DNA of 63,930 bases, the filler included, from Octopus bimaculoides (Eukaryota): the NCBI RefSeq assembly GCF_001194135.2. It is 5 parts of 5 records of this genome, joined end to end, with 100 filler letters (N's around TTAATTAATTAA, not from the genome) between each part and the next. Parts side by side here need not be neighbours in the genome. Positions count along the whole stretch, not along the records: positions 37,326 to 48,707 come from NC_069009.1; positions 48,808 to 58,396 come from NW_026420597.1; positions 58,497 to 63,930 come from NC_068983.1; 2 more parts are not named here. One strand, 5' to 3'. Of the stretch, positions 47,181-58,934 are shown one piece after another. The position numbers were made by a program, and so were the translations under genes. The number at the start of each line of letters is the position of its first letter. Position 1 is the stretch's first letter. A model generated the notes under the pieces. The model had not been told where the DNA came from. It worked only from the letters and a program-made list of their open reading frames with translations, and did not search any database.

Positions 47181-48269
47181 CTATGTCATCACCATGATTT
47201 AATGCCAAAGAAAAGNNNNNNNNNNNNNNNNNNNNNNNNNNNNNNNNNNNNNNNNNNNNNNNNNNNNNNNNNNNNNNNNNNNNNNNNNNNNNNNNNNNNN
47301 NNNNNNNNNNNNNNNNNNNNNNNNNNNNNNNNNNNNNNNNNNNNNNNNNNNNNNNNNNNNNNNNNNNNNNNNNNNNNNNNNNNNNNNNNNNNNNNNNNNN
47401 NNNNNNNNNNNNNNNNNNNNNNNNNNNNNNNNNNNNNNNNNNNNNNNNNNNNNNNNNNNNNNNNNNNNNNNNNNNNNNNNNNNNNNNNNNNNNNNNNNNN
47501 NNNNNNNNNNNNNNNNNNNNNNNNNNNNNNNNNNNNNNNNNNNNNNNNNNNNNNNNNNNNNNNNNNNNNNNNNNNNNNNNNNNNNNNNNNNNNNNNNNNN
47601 NNNNNNNNNNNNNNNNNNNNNNNNNNNNNNNNNNNNNNNNNNNNNNNNNNNNNNNNNNNNNNNNNNNNNNNNNNNNNNNNNNNNNNNNNNNNNNNNNNNN
47701 NNNNNNNNNNNNNNNNNNNNNNNNNNNNNNNNNNNNNNNNNNNNNNNNNNNNNNNNNNNNNNNNNNNNNNNNNNNNNNNNNNNNNNNNNNNNNNNNNNNN
47801 NNNNNNNNNNNNNNNNNNNNNNNNNNNNNNNNNNNNNNNNNNNNNNNNNNNNNNNNNNNNNNNNNNNNNNNNNNNNNNNNNNNNNNNNNNNNNNNNNNNN
47901 NNNNNNNNNNNNNNNNNNNNNNNNNNNNNNNNNNNNNNNNNNNNNNNNNNNNNNNNNNNNNNNNNNNNNNNNNNNNNNNNNNNNNNNNACACTGTACGCA
48001 AATAGACGGAAGAAATGTCGTTAGATATTTTATCTGGCATGTTAAATATTTTGTCATCGCATTGCCTTATTAGTAATAATAATAATAACCCTTTCTAGGC
48101 TTGAAATTTTATGGCAGGGATTAAGTCCATTATATCGACTAGTATTTACCGTATTTTAACGTGTACAATGAACCCTTTTTTGTCAAAAATTAGGCTAAAA
48201 AAATATGTTTCTTATACATTGATAGTATTATAATCCCTTACAAAACCTTTTTTTTGGCGATCTTTCGAT

Positions 48270-48705
48270 ACTAGTTCGCAACATCTGGTTGTTGCGCGCA
48301 CGCATACTGATTACATGATCGTATAGTGTGTTTATGTGTTTAAAGTTTCTGTTCGGATGGCACCTTACTCACTCGCACCTCGGCCACACGTTTGCCGCAG
48401 TACGAAGGCAAGAGCACCCATTCCTCTGTCCTTATTGTCTCTGTGGAGTGCTTTATTGCTTCCCCCTCCGTTGTGAAGCGCACCTCCACAGTGGCATATC
48501 TCCTCCCTATACTGATTACATGATCGGTTAGTGTGTTTATGTGTTTAAAGTTTGAGAACTGTATGCATCTGAGGGGGAGAAGGTTTGAGTTTCTATTTAA
48601 TGTTGTCTTTTCATATTTTCAAGTCATTTAAACACATAAACACGCTATACGATCATGTAATCAGTATGCATGCGCGCAACGACCGGAAGTTGTGGTGGAC
48701 TAATA
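48270..48705. mobile_element. MITE-like element with ~75-bp TIRs and an internal third copy
   Basis: 48270-48345 is inverted to 48628-48704; a direct partial copy lies at 48509-48552. Confidence 0.7.
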
Positions 48706-48922
48706 TTNNNNNNNNNNNNNNNNNNNNNNNNNNNNNNNNNNNNNNNNNNNNTTAATTAATTAANNNNNNNNNNNNNNNNNNNNNNNNNNNNNNNNNNNNN
48801 NNNNNNNATATCTATACATCTGTCTGTCTCTCTCTCTATATACACATATATACATATCTGTATTTATATATATATATATATATATGTATATACATCTCAC
48901 ACTCTCTCTGTCGCTCGCTCTG

Positions 48923-49016
<94 letters not shown>

Positions 49017-49123
49017 AACTCACTCACACACAGATATGAGCACCAACAGATACTCCGATACCCCGATCCCTAAACAGCACAATCGCACGGACCACTAACA
49101 ATTTGCCTACATCAAAACTCTTC

Positions 49124-49142
49124 ACCTACCTCCGCCATCTTG
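49124..49142 (-). promoter_or_regulatory. YY1-type motif / ATG immediately followed by a strong splice donor (candidate first exon)
   Basis: Minus strand CAAGATGGCGGAG|GTAGGT in a unique, CpG-enriched island. Confidence 0.35.
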
Positions 49143-49361
49143 TGACATTTACCTGGACAATGTCCAGACAAACACACACACACGCACACACATAGAGATC
49201 AAGTGAAAGGGAATTGTCCAGACCGCCTGTTCATTGACTAGTCATGTCCAGTTGACCGTATGTTTGCTAGCAATCGCCTCACGCGCAACTGCTCTCACAT
49301 TCTTACTCATATAATACAGATGCGCGTGTATATATGCATGTACGTATGTATATATGTAACC

Positions 49362-49403
<42 letters not shown>

Positions 49404-50358
49404 NNNNNNNNNNNNNNNNNNNNNNNNNNNNNNNNNNNNNNNNNNNNNNNNNNNNNNNNNNNNNNNNNNNNNNNNNNNNNNNNNNNNNNNNNNNNNNNNN
49501 NNNNNNNNNNNNNNNNNNNNNNNNNNNNNNNNNNNNNNNNNNNNNNNNNNNNNNNNNNNNNNNNNNNNNNNNNNNNNNNNNNNNNNNNNNNNNNNNNNNN
49601 NNNNNNNNNNNNNNNNNNNNNNNNNNNNNNNNNNNNNNNNNNNNNNNNNNNNNNNNNNNNNNNNNNNNNNNNNNNNNNNNNNNNNNNNNNNNNNNNNNNN
49701 NNNNNNNNNNNNNNNNNNNNNNNNNNNNNNNNNNNNNNNNNNNNNNNNNNNNNNNNNNNNNNNNNNNNNNNNNNNNNNNNNNNNNNNNNNNNNNNNNNNN
49801 NNNNNNNNNNNNNNNNNNNNNNNNNNNNNNNNNNNNNNNNNNNNNNNNNNNNNNNNNNNNNNNNNNNNNNNNNNNNNNNNNNNNNNNNNNNNNNNNNNNN
49901 NNNNNNNNNNNNNNNNNNNNNNNNNNNNNNNNNNNNNNNNNNNNNNNNNNNNNNNNNNNNNNNNNNNNNNNNNNNNNNNNNNNNNNNNNNNNNNNNNNNN
50001 NNNNNNNNNNNNNNNNNNNNNNNNNNNNNNNNNNNNNNNNNNNNNNNNNNNNNNNNNNNNNNNNNNNNNNNNNNNNNNNNNNNNNNNNNNNNNNNNNNNN
50101 NNNNNNNNNNNNNNNNNNNNNNNNNNNNNNNNNNNNNNNNNNNNNNNNNNNNNNNNNNNNNNNNNNNNNNNNNNNAAAAGGAAAAAATCTAAGATCGCCC
50201 TCCCAACCCCGGTTACAGTTCGAACCTGAAGCCATGACCATTAGAACTTTGGTCGGCTCCGCTGTTTGTTCTAACATTTATAATTACGCTTCATTAAATT
50301 TAGTCATTTATCATCACTGCCGAGGTTTATCATATCTTGAGACTCGTCTTTAAAACTC

Positions 50359-50423
<65 letters not shown>

Positions 50424-50473
50424 TTATATATATATATGTATACACACACACACACACACAGATACATATATAT

Positions 50474-50506
<33 letters not shown>

Positions 50507-50600
50507 CCCTTTTTCTCAGTCTATCAGTCTGTTTGTCTTTCTTTCTATCTATCTATCTATCTATCTATTCTCTCTCTCGGCCTACCTGTCTATCGGAGTG

Positions 50601-50642
<42 letters not shown>

Positions 50643-50958
50643 CCGTCTCTCTCACTCTCATTCATTCTCTCTCCATTTCTCTTCCTCCAGCAGTCTCTGT
50701 CTCTCACTCACTCTTATCTTTCTCTCTCATTCTCTCACTGGCTTTCTGCTTAAATGTCTCTCTCTCTCTCTCTTTATATCTCTAACTGACCTTTTATCTC
50801 TCTATTGTCTGTTTGTCTGTTTTGCTCTTCTGTCTCCCTCCCTCACTCACTCACTCACTCACTCGTTCGCTCTCTCTCCTTCTCTGGCTACATCTCCATA
50901 CATATATTTGCATGTCTGTCTACCTGTCTACATTTTTACGCCTTCTAGCTCTTCTTTT

Positions 50959-51010
<52 letters not shown>

Positions 51011-51166
51011 TGCTGGACACTCCCTTTCATTTCTCTCTCTTTTTTCTGTCGGTATTTCTTCCTCATGATTGTTCTCTCTCATTCATATATTCAACTATCT
51101 TCTATTACACACACACACACGCACACACACACACACACACGCACACACACACACACACACACAAAG

Positions 51167-51343
51167 CAGGTGTACACGAAGTACGATCACTGCTAGAAAC
51201 AGCAGCCGATAAGTTTACGGCGTTATGTAGAGTTTCACTGAATGCTTACATCTCTGCCTGTAAATTTTCAATGAAGCTCTACATAGCGCCGTAAACTTAC
51301 TGGCTGCTATTTCTAGCAATGATTGTACTTCGTATACACCCTC
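51167..51343. mobile_element. Palindromic Tc1/mariner-type MITE
   Basis: ~76-bp imperfect arms, (c/g)a(g)ggtgta(c/t)acgaagtac...atgtagag(t/c)ttca. Confidence 0.8.
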
Positions 51344-51426
51344 TTTATATATATTTGTAATTCTAACTATACGGTGCTTTATTCTTGCTGGATATTAATA
51401 TTATCTTAATAGTATTTATATTCTCA

Positions 51427-51507
<81 letters not shown>

Positions 51508-51669
51508 TTATATTTGTATTTATATACATAATATAAAGTTAGATAAGGCCGGTTTATGAGATTGCCCTGGGTTTCACGTCCATAAACCAAATTGCAGTGT
51601 ACAGGACATATCATTTTATTTTAATGCAATTTAGTCTTTCACGTTTGTCCCAAAATTTTCCCATAAAAT

Positions 51670-52556
51670 TACCAGCATCATCTGGAAATATGGTGTTTCA
51701 TGTTACAGTCATTCTTTGGGTACCGTAATCCAGTCGAGTAAAGAGCTATTGTTTGCAGAGATATATCCGGGTGGAGGTGGTTTGTCTGGAATTTGCTGGA
51801 GATATTGATTCCGGAGCCATTTAATTGTTACGAGTTCTTTTCTTCTTTTGTGTGTGTCTTGGCATGGTGTTAAAGAGAGAAAGGCCAGTTGAGGCGTAAA
51901 AAACAGTTCTGTTCTAGTGTTGCGATGTGATGTGATGTGAGTATGATTCTGGTAGAAGACGGGATGTTCCGGGGACAAAAACCTTGAGTGAATTTTAAAG
52001 TTAATGCCAACATCATTTGAGCAATGTCGTTTGGAATATTTTCAACGCCATTAAAGCGATATAGCGTTCAGGCTTTGGAAGGAATCAAATTTGAGCTTTT
52101 CGGGGCAGTTTCAATAAGCGAGACCAATCATATTGTCTTTTTTCTTTTTCTTTTCAGCGTCTGATTGACTTCTGGGTTGCTTCAGTTTTTATAAGATCTT
52201 TTTATAAGATCTTTTTCTTCTCTCATGCGTAGTGGTATGAGGTTAAAGAGGGCAAGGCCAGGGAAGTGACATGCTTCTGTCTTATTGTTGCGATGTGATA
52301 CGAGTATGACCTCGGTAGACGACGAATGGTACAGGAACGAAACCTCGGATGTATTTTAAAGTTAATGCCAACATCATTTGAGCAATGTCGTTTGGAATAT
52401 TTTCAACGCCATAAAAGTGACATAGCGCTCAGGCTTTGGAAGGAATAAAATTTGAGCTTTTCGAGGTGGTTTCAATAAGCAAGACCTATCATATTGTCTT
52501 TTTTTTTTTTTGCTTTTGCGCGTGTGATTGACATCTGGGGTGCTTCAGTTTTTATA
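51670..52556 (-). mobile_element. CR1/L2-like LINE 3' fragment with ~365-bp tandem duplication
   Basis: LEKLKFYSFQ.., KIFQTTLLN and LQQIPDKPPPPGYISANNSSLLDW; 51835-52200 is homologous to 52205-52556. The clade call is approximate. Confidence 0.65.
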
Positions 52557-54387
52557 NNNNNNNNNNNNNNNNNNNNNNNNNNNNNNNNNNNNNNNNNNNN
52601 NNNNNNNNNNNNNNNNNNNNNNNNNNNNNNNNNNNNNNNNNNNNNNNNNNNNNNNNNNNNNNNNNNNNNNNNNNNNNNNNNNNNNNNNNNNNNNNNNNNN
52701 NNNNNNNNNNNNNNNNNNNNNNNNNNNNNNNNNNNNNNNNNNNNNNNNNNNNNNNNNNNNNNNNNNNNNNNNNNNNNNNNNNNNNNNNNNNNNNNNNNNN
52801 NNNNNNNNNNNNNNNNNNNNNNNNNNNNNNNNNNNNNNNNNNNNNNNNNNNNNNNNNNNNNNNNNNNNNNNNNNNNNNNNNNNNNNNNNNNNNNNNNNNN
52901 NNNNNNNNNNNNNNNNNNNNNNNNNNNNNNNNNNNNNNNNNNNNNNNNNNNNNNNNNNNNNNNNNNNNNNNNNNNNNNNNNNNNNNNNNNNNNNNNNNNN
53001 NNNNNNNNNNNNNNNNNNNNNNNNNNNNNNNNNNNNNNNNNNNNNNNNNNNNNNNNNNNNNNNNNNNNNNNNNNNNNNNNNNNNNNNNNNNNNNNNNNNN
53101 NNNNNNNNNNNNNNNNNNNNNNNNNNNNNNNNNNNNNNNNNNNNNNNNNNNNNNNNNNNNNNNNNNNNNNNNNNNNNNNNNNNNNNNNNNNNNNNNNNNN
53201 NNNNNNNNNNNNNNNNNNNNNNNNNNNNNNNNNNNNNNNNNNNNNNNNNNNNNNNNNNNNNNNNNNNNNNNNATATAAATATAAGACGAAATTAGACGAA
53301 GAGGGAGCGGAGCTAGACATGAAAAACAGAATTAAAAATAAAAAGACTTTCTCCAGTAAACAGTTTAAACTGTTTTACGTAAAACACTTTTCTTGTTTTT
53401 GTTGATGAGGAGCGTTAGAGTACAAAATATTGATACTTCAAAACACTTTGAAAATAAATACCTAAATGAATAACTAAATAAAGCAGGGAGGACGTATGAC
53501 CTTCATCCTGTACTACTACAGGTGAACACCTTCCTCTCTCGGATAACCGGGTTCCGAAGCAAGCCCTTAATTCTACTGCAATTGTTTGAACAACATTTAA
53601 AGACACTCTTTAAGCTCCCATCTCTAAACACATTGTTTCCTAAAGAAGAAAAACAACAAAATAAAACGTGTTTATTTTTTGTCTTTTCCGTTTGTCTTTA
53701 TCGCTGGTTTCATTGCTGTTGTTGTTAGTGATGATGATGATGATACTGCTGCTCTTCTTCTTCTTCTTCTTCTTCTTCTTCTTCTTCTTCTTCTTCTTCT
53801 TCTTCTTCTTCTTCTTCTTCTTCTTCTTCTTCTTCTTCTTCTNNNNNNNNNNNNNNNNNNNNNNNNNNNNNNNNNNNNNNNNNNNNNNNNNNNNNNNNNN
53901 NNNNNNNNNNNNNNNNNNNNNNNNNNNNNNNNNNNNNNNNNNNNNNNNNNNNNNNNNNNNNNNNNNNNNNNNNNNNNNNNNNNNNNNNNNNNNNNNNNNN
54001 NNNNNNNNNNNNNNNNNNNNNNNNNNNNNNNNNNNNNNNNNNNNNNNNNNNNNNNNNNNNNNNNNNNNNNNNNNNNNNNNNNNNNNNNNNNNNNNNNNNN
54101 NNNNNNNNNNNNNNNNNNNNNNNNNNNNNNNNNNNNNTGTGTGTGTGTGTGTGTGTGTGTATCCTTTTCCCCTCTTTCTCTCTCTCTGTCTCGCCCATTT
54201 CTTTACTCCTTTGTTCCTCTCTACCTCCGTCTTAAACATATCCAATATAGACACAAGCACAGGCGTGTGTGCGTACGCACGCAAGTACGGACACACACAA
54301 ACACACATATCAGTTAGTCTATCTGCCTATCTATCTATCTATCTATCTATCTGTCTTTGTCTCTGTTTCTCTCTCACTCTCTCTGTG

Positions 54388-54439
<52 letters not shown>

Positions 54440-54778
54440 CGCATACATGCATACATATACAAATATGTATATATATACACATACTTATACAAATATGTAT
54501 ATATATACACATACTTATACAAATATAATCTATCTATATATATATATATATATATAATACCTTACCGCTCGTGGCCACCGGTACACCCACTCCTTACTGG
54601 TTAATCCGCCGGTCAAAAGTCTTGTGTCCATAGAATTAATCGCCAGAGACCAACCGATGACGTACCAGCAAATCTCTGGGATTTATTATAAATCCAAAAA
54701 TCCGAAGATGAGAGAATGGCAAAAGAAGGAAAAAAGGTCTCAGAAAATACATTCCAGACGGAAAACGCTATCATATAT

Positions 54779-55325
54779 TCTTTTATTCTTTTACTTGCAT
54801 CAGCCATTAGGCTTCGGTCATGCTGGAGCACCGCCTTAAAGGTTTTTTTTTTTTGTAGTCGAAGAAATCAACCCAGGATTTATTCTCTGTAAGCCTAGTA
54901 CTTATTCTATCTCTCTCTTTTGCCGAACTCGCTAAGTTACGGGGATGTAGACACACCAACATCGGTTGACAAGTGATGGTGGTGGGGAGACAGACACAAA
55001 GACACGCACACACACACACACATATGTAGTACCTACAACGGGCTTCTTTCAGTTTCTGTCTACCAAATTCATTCATAAGGCCATCGTCGGTCCGAGGTTA
55101 TAGTAGAAGACATTTGCTCAAGGTGCAACGCAGTGGGACTGAACCCGGAGTCATGCAATTGTGAAGTAAGCTTCTTTCCACACAGCCACGCCTGCGCCCA
55201 ATTGCACGGTTCTGGTTTCAGTTCCACTCGTGGCATTTTGGACAGGTGTCTTCTACTATAGCCTCGAGCCAATCAAAGCCTTGTGAGAGATTCTGAGAGA
55301 CGGAAACGGAAAGAAGCCCTTCGTG
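54779..55325. mobile_element. Head-to-head pair of family A SINEs (54779-55198 minus; 55205-55325 plus, partial)
   Basis: Both match the family A consensus, in opposite orientations. Confidence 0.8.
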
Positions 55326-55686
55326 TATATATATATATATCAGCAGTACGTGTGCCATGTATTGAGTGCTATGTAAACTAAGTTACTAATGTGTAGATAA
55401 TGTGGTCCTAGTGGGGTGGCGATGCGGATCCGTGCTATATTAATCGAACCCGAAAAGATAAAAGTAATGGTTGACCTGTGTGTGATTTGAACTCAAAGCG
55501 CGTCGAAACGGAAGAAAGGATACCACCAAGCATAAAGTTTCCTTCCGACAAACCTACAGAAGCGCTCGACGCTGCCACTTTGACGCCATTTTATGTATAT
55601 GTGTGTGTATGTAGACACACAATAGATTCGCACATAAATGTTTGTCTGCGTCTATCTGTCGCTCTCTCTTTCTCTCTCTGTCTCGC

Positions 55687-55726
<40 letters not shown>

Positions 55727-55870
55727 TATGCACACATACATGTATATAAGTTTATATAAATTTTACATGTACATCTACATGTATATATACATATATATGT
55801 ATATGTATATATATAGGTACATGTATATGTATATATAAGTATATATTGGTATATATATGTATGTATGTAT

Positions 55871-55913
<43 letters not shown>

Positions 55914-56191
55914 NNNNNNNNNNNNNNNNNNNNNNNNNNNNNNNNNNNNNNNNNNNNNNNNNNNNNNNNNNNNNNNNNNNNNNNNNNNNNNNNNNNNNNN
56001 NNNNNNNNNNNNNNNNNNNNNNNNNNNNNNNNNNNNNNNNNNNNNNNNNNNNNNNNNNNNNNNNNNNNNNNNNNNNNNNNNNNNNNNNNNNNNNNNNNNN
56101 NNNNNNNNNNNNNNNNNNNNNNNNNNNNNNNNNNNNNNNNNNNNNNNNNNNNNNNNNNNNNNNNNNNNNNNNNNNNNNNNNNNNNNNNNNN

Positions 56192-56232
<41 letters not shown>

Positions 56233-56725
56233 CTGTGTGCATGTTTAAATGTATGTGCATATACGCGCGTGTGTGTGTATACATATATACACGTACACAT
56301 GTCTGTGTGAGTGTGTGAAATTCATCGTTTATTTGCGTGCGTTCTTGGGTTACTCACACACACACACACATGAACACTTTAAAAGATTCTACTTCATTAA
56401 TATATCAATTAATCCACCATGAAAATAATTGCTCCTAATTAAAATGAAGTTTGCTAGAGCGGAACATACGGTCAGGCCAGAGAAAGGCTGAGTGCGAGTG
56501 AGAGCGAGAGTGAGAGTGAGACGGCGAGGGCACTGCGGTGTGAAGTAAGGAAGGTGGAGAGCAGCGGAGTAGAGGGAGTAGGAGGAGATCATGCACGAGG
56601 AGCGGGAGGAGTGGGCTAAACAACATGTACGATTTGTGGGTCTTCTCCTGCCACCACCACTACTACTACTACCACTACCACCCCATCACCACCACCACCA
56701 CTACTACTATTACGACGACGAGCCC

Positions 56726-56757
<32 letters not shown>

Positions 56758-57142
56758 GTCGTGGCACTCCGTCGGTTATGACGACGAGGGTTCCAGTCGA
56801 TCCGATCAACGGAACAGCCTGCTCCTGAAATTAACGTGCAAGTGGTTGAGCACTCCACAGACACGTGTACCCTTAACGTAGTTCTCGGGGATATTCAGCG
56901 TGACACAGAGTGTGACAAGGCTGACCCTTTGAATTACAGGTACAACAGAAACAGGAAGATAGAGTGAGAGAAAGTTGTGGTGGAAGAGTACAGCAGGGTT
57001 CGCCACCCTCTCCTGCTGGAGCCTCGTGGGGCTTTAGGTGTTTTCGCTCAATAAACACTCACAACGCCCGGTCTGGGAATCGAAACCGCGATTCTAATAC
57101 TGCGAGTTCGCTGCCCTAACCATTGGGCAATTGCGCCTCCAC
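56758..57142 (-). mobile_element. SINE family D, full length, flanked by (ACT)n
   Basis: Complete head to tail; (tac)n on both sides. Confidence 0.85.
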
Positions 57143-57410
57143 ACTACTACTACTACTACTACTACTACCACAACCACTGCCATCAGTGTTACGCCACCAC
57201 CACAACTACTACGTCCACTACTACTGCTCCGACTACCTTGTCTTTCATCCTGTTGGGGATAACGGTTAACGGTTACCTAGCGGTTAAGCAATGGGTTAAA
57301 TGTAATCGTCTTATCCAAAAAATTGCTGGCCTTGTGCCAAGATTTGAAATTAGTCCCGCTTTGGATGGTTCTGTTTGTTAATTATTTATTTTTTAAAACT
57401 GATATATTCT

Positions 57411-57815
57411 TACAGTTCTATATCTGAGAGATGAGGAATCGTGTAGATTACTTACATTTGACGGATATTTGTCCTCATCTTGTTTGTTGTTAACAACGTT
57501 TCGGCTGATGTACTCTCCAGCCTTCATCAGGTGTCCTGGGGGAATTTCGAACCTGGGTTCTCATATAGCGTAGTGGTTAAGAGCGCGGGCTACTAACCCG
57601 AAGATTCCGAGTTCGATTCCAGGCAGTAACTTGAATAATAACAATAATTATAATAATAAAGATAATAATAATAACATCGGAAAAATACCTTAGGAATGAG
57701 AACGCAGGTTCGAAATTTCCCCAGGACACCTGATGAAAGCTGGAGAGTACATCAGCCGAAATGTGTTAGCAACAAACAAGATGAGAACAAATATCTGTCA
57801 ATTGTAAATAATGTA
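57411..57815. mobile_element. tRNA-headed element with hammerhead-like tail, preceded by an inverted tail copy
   Basis: A box TAGCGTAGTGG at 57566 and B box GTTCGATTC at 57611; (AAT)n ~57633-57674; tail 57696-57815 is inverted to 57444-57564; CTGATGA..GAAA core in both arms. Confidence 0.7.
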
Positions 57816-57823
57816 AAATATTC

Positions 57824-58211
57824 TTTTATTCATTCCCTTGTTTCAGTCATTTGACTGCGGCCATGCTGGGGCATCGCCTTTAGTCGAACAAATCGCCCCC
57901 AAGACTTATTCTTTGTAAGCCAAATACTTATTCTATCGCTAAGTTACGGGGACGTAAACACACCAACATCGATGATTGTTAGGCGATGGTAGGACGATAA
58001 ACACTAACACATAAATACATACATACATACATACATATATATATGTGATAGGCTTCTTTCAGTTTCCATCTACCAAATCCACTGACAGGGCTTTGGTCGA
58101 CCCGAGGCTAAAGTAGGAGATACTTGCCCAAGGCGCTACTGCAGTGGGACTGAACCCGGAAGCATGTGGTTGGGAAGCAAGCTTCTTACCACACAGCCTT
58201 TCCTGCGCCTA
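57824..58211 (-). mobile_element. SINE family A, near full length
   Basis: Homologous to 38041-38447. Confidence 0.85.
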
Positions 58212-58496
58212 TATAAAACTAAAAGATCAGACAGGCAGCCAAACATACAGTTACATTGATAGATAGATAGGTAGGTAGGTAGGTAGGTAGGTAGGTAGGT
58301 AGATAGATAGATAGATAGATATACGTGCATACATACAAGACGGTTGGCTGAAATCTGAGGGGAAACCAGGCTGCTGTTTCTAAGATGTCTGTGTGCNNNN
58401 NNNNNNNNNNNNNNNNNNNNNNNNNNNNNNNNNNNNNNNNTTAATTAATTAANNNNNNNNNNNNNNNNNNNNNNNNNNNNNNNNNNNNNNNNNNNN

Positions 58497-58529
<33 letters not shown>

Positions 58530-58934
58530 TAGATAGATAGATAGATAGATACATACATACATACATACATACATACATACATACATACATACATGGAAAT
58601 ATGCTTGCATGCATGTGCGTATGTGTGTGTCTCTGTATGCGTAGGCAGGACAGCAAAACGAAACCCAGCTGGAATATAAATGAACCGAATTAGCTTCGGT
58701 TTAGAGAAATCCCATAATTTCATTCTATTCCAACAGCTAAACCTAACGCTACTAATTCCTTAAGACTTTCCCACTTCACGTTGCATTCTGAGAAACGGTA
58801 AGGTTTGCCGTGTGTCCACATAGTTTAATTATATCTAGCCTGAATGTTCTACAAGAAATTATTTAAATGATATTCCATGTTTAAGACGGCATAACATATT
58901 TTCTAATGTAGGCGCATGACCCGTAATTTCAAGG

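Noticed and set aside
57562-57630. tRNA gene call for the tRNA-like head (and for the heads of SINE families A, C and D)
   Set aside because: No complete acceptor stem or T-run terminator; each continues into a repeat body, so they are SINE heads.
16309-58452. TTAATTAATTAA islands at 16309-16320, 37270-37281, 48752-48763 and 58441-58452
   Set aside because: Always embedded in N runs and identical; most likely an assembly gap spacer with stops in all six frames, not biology.
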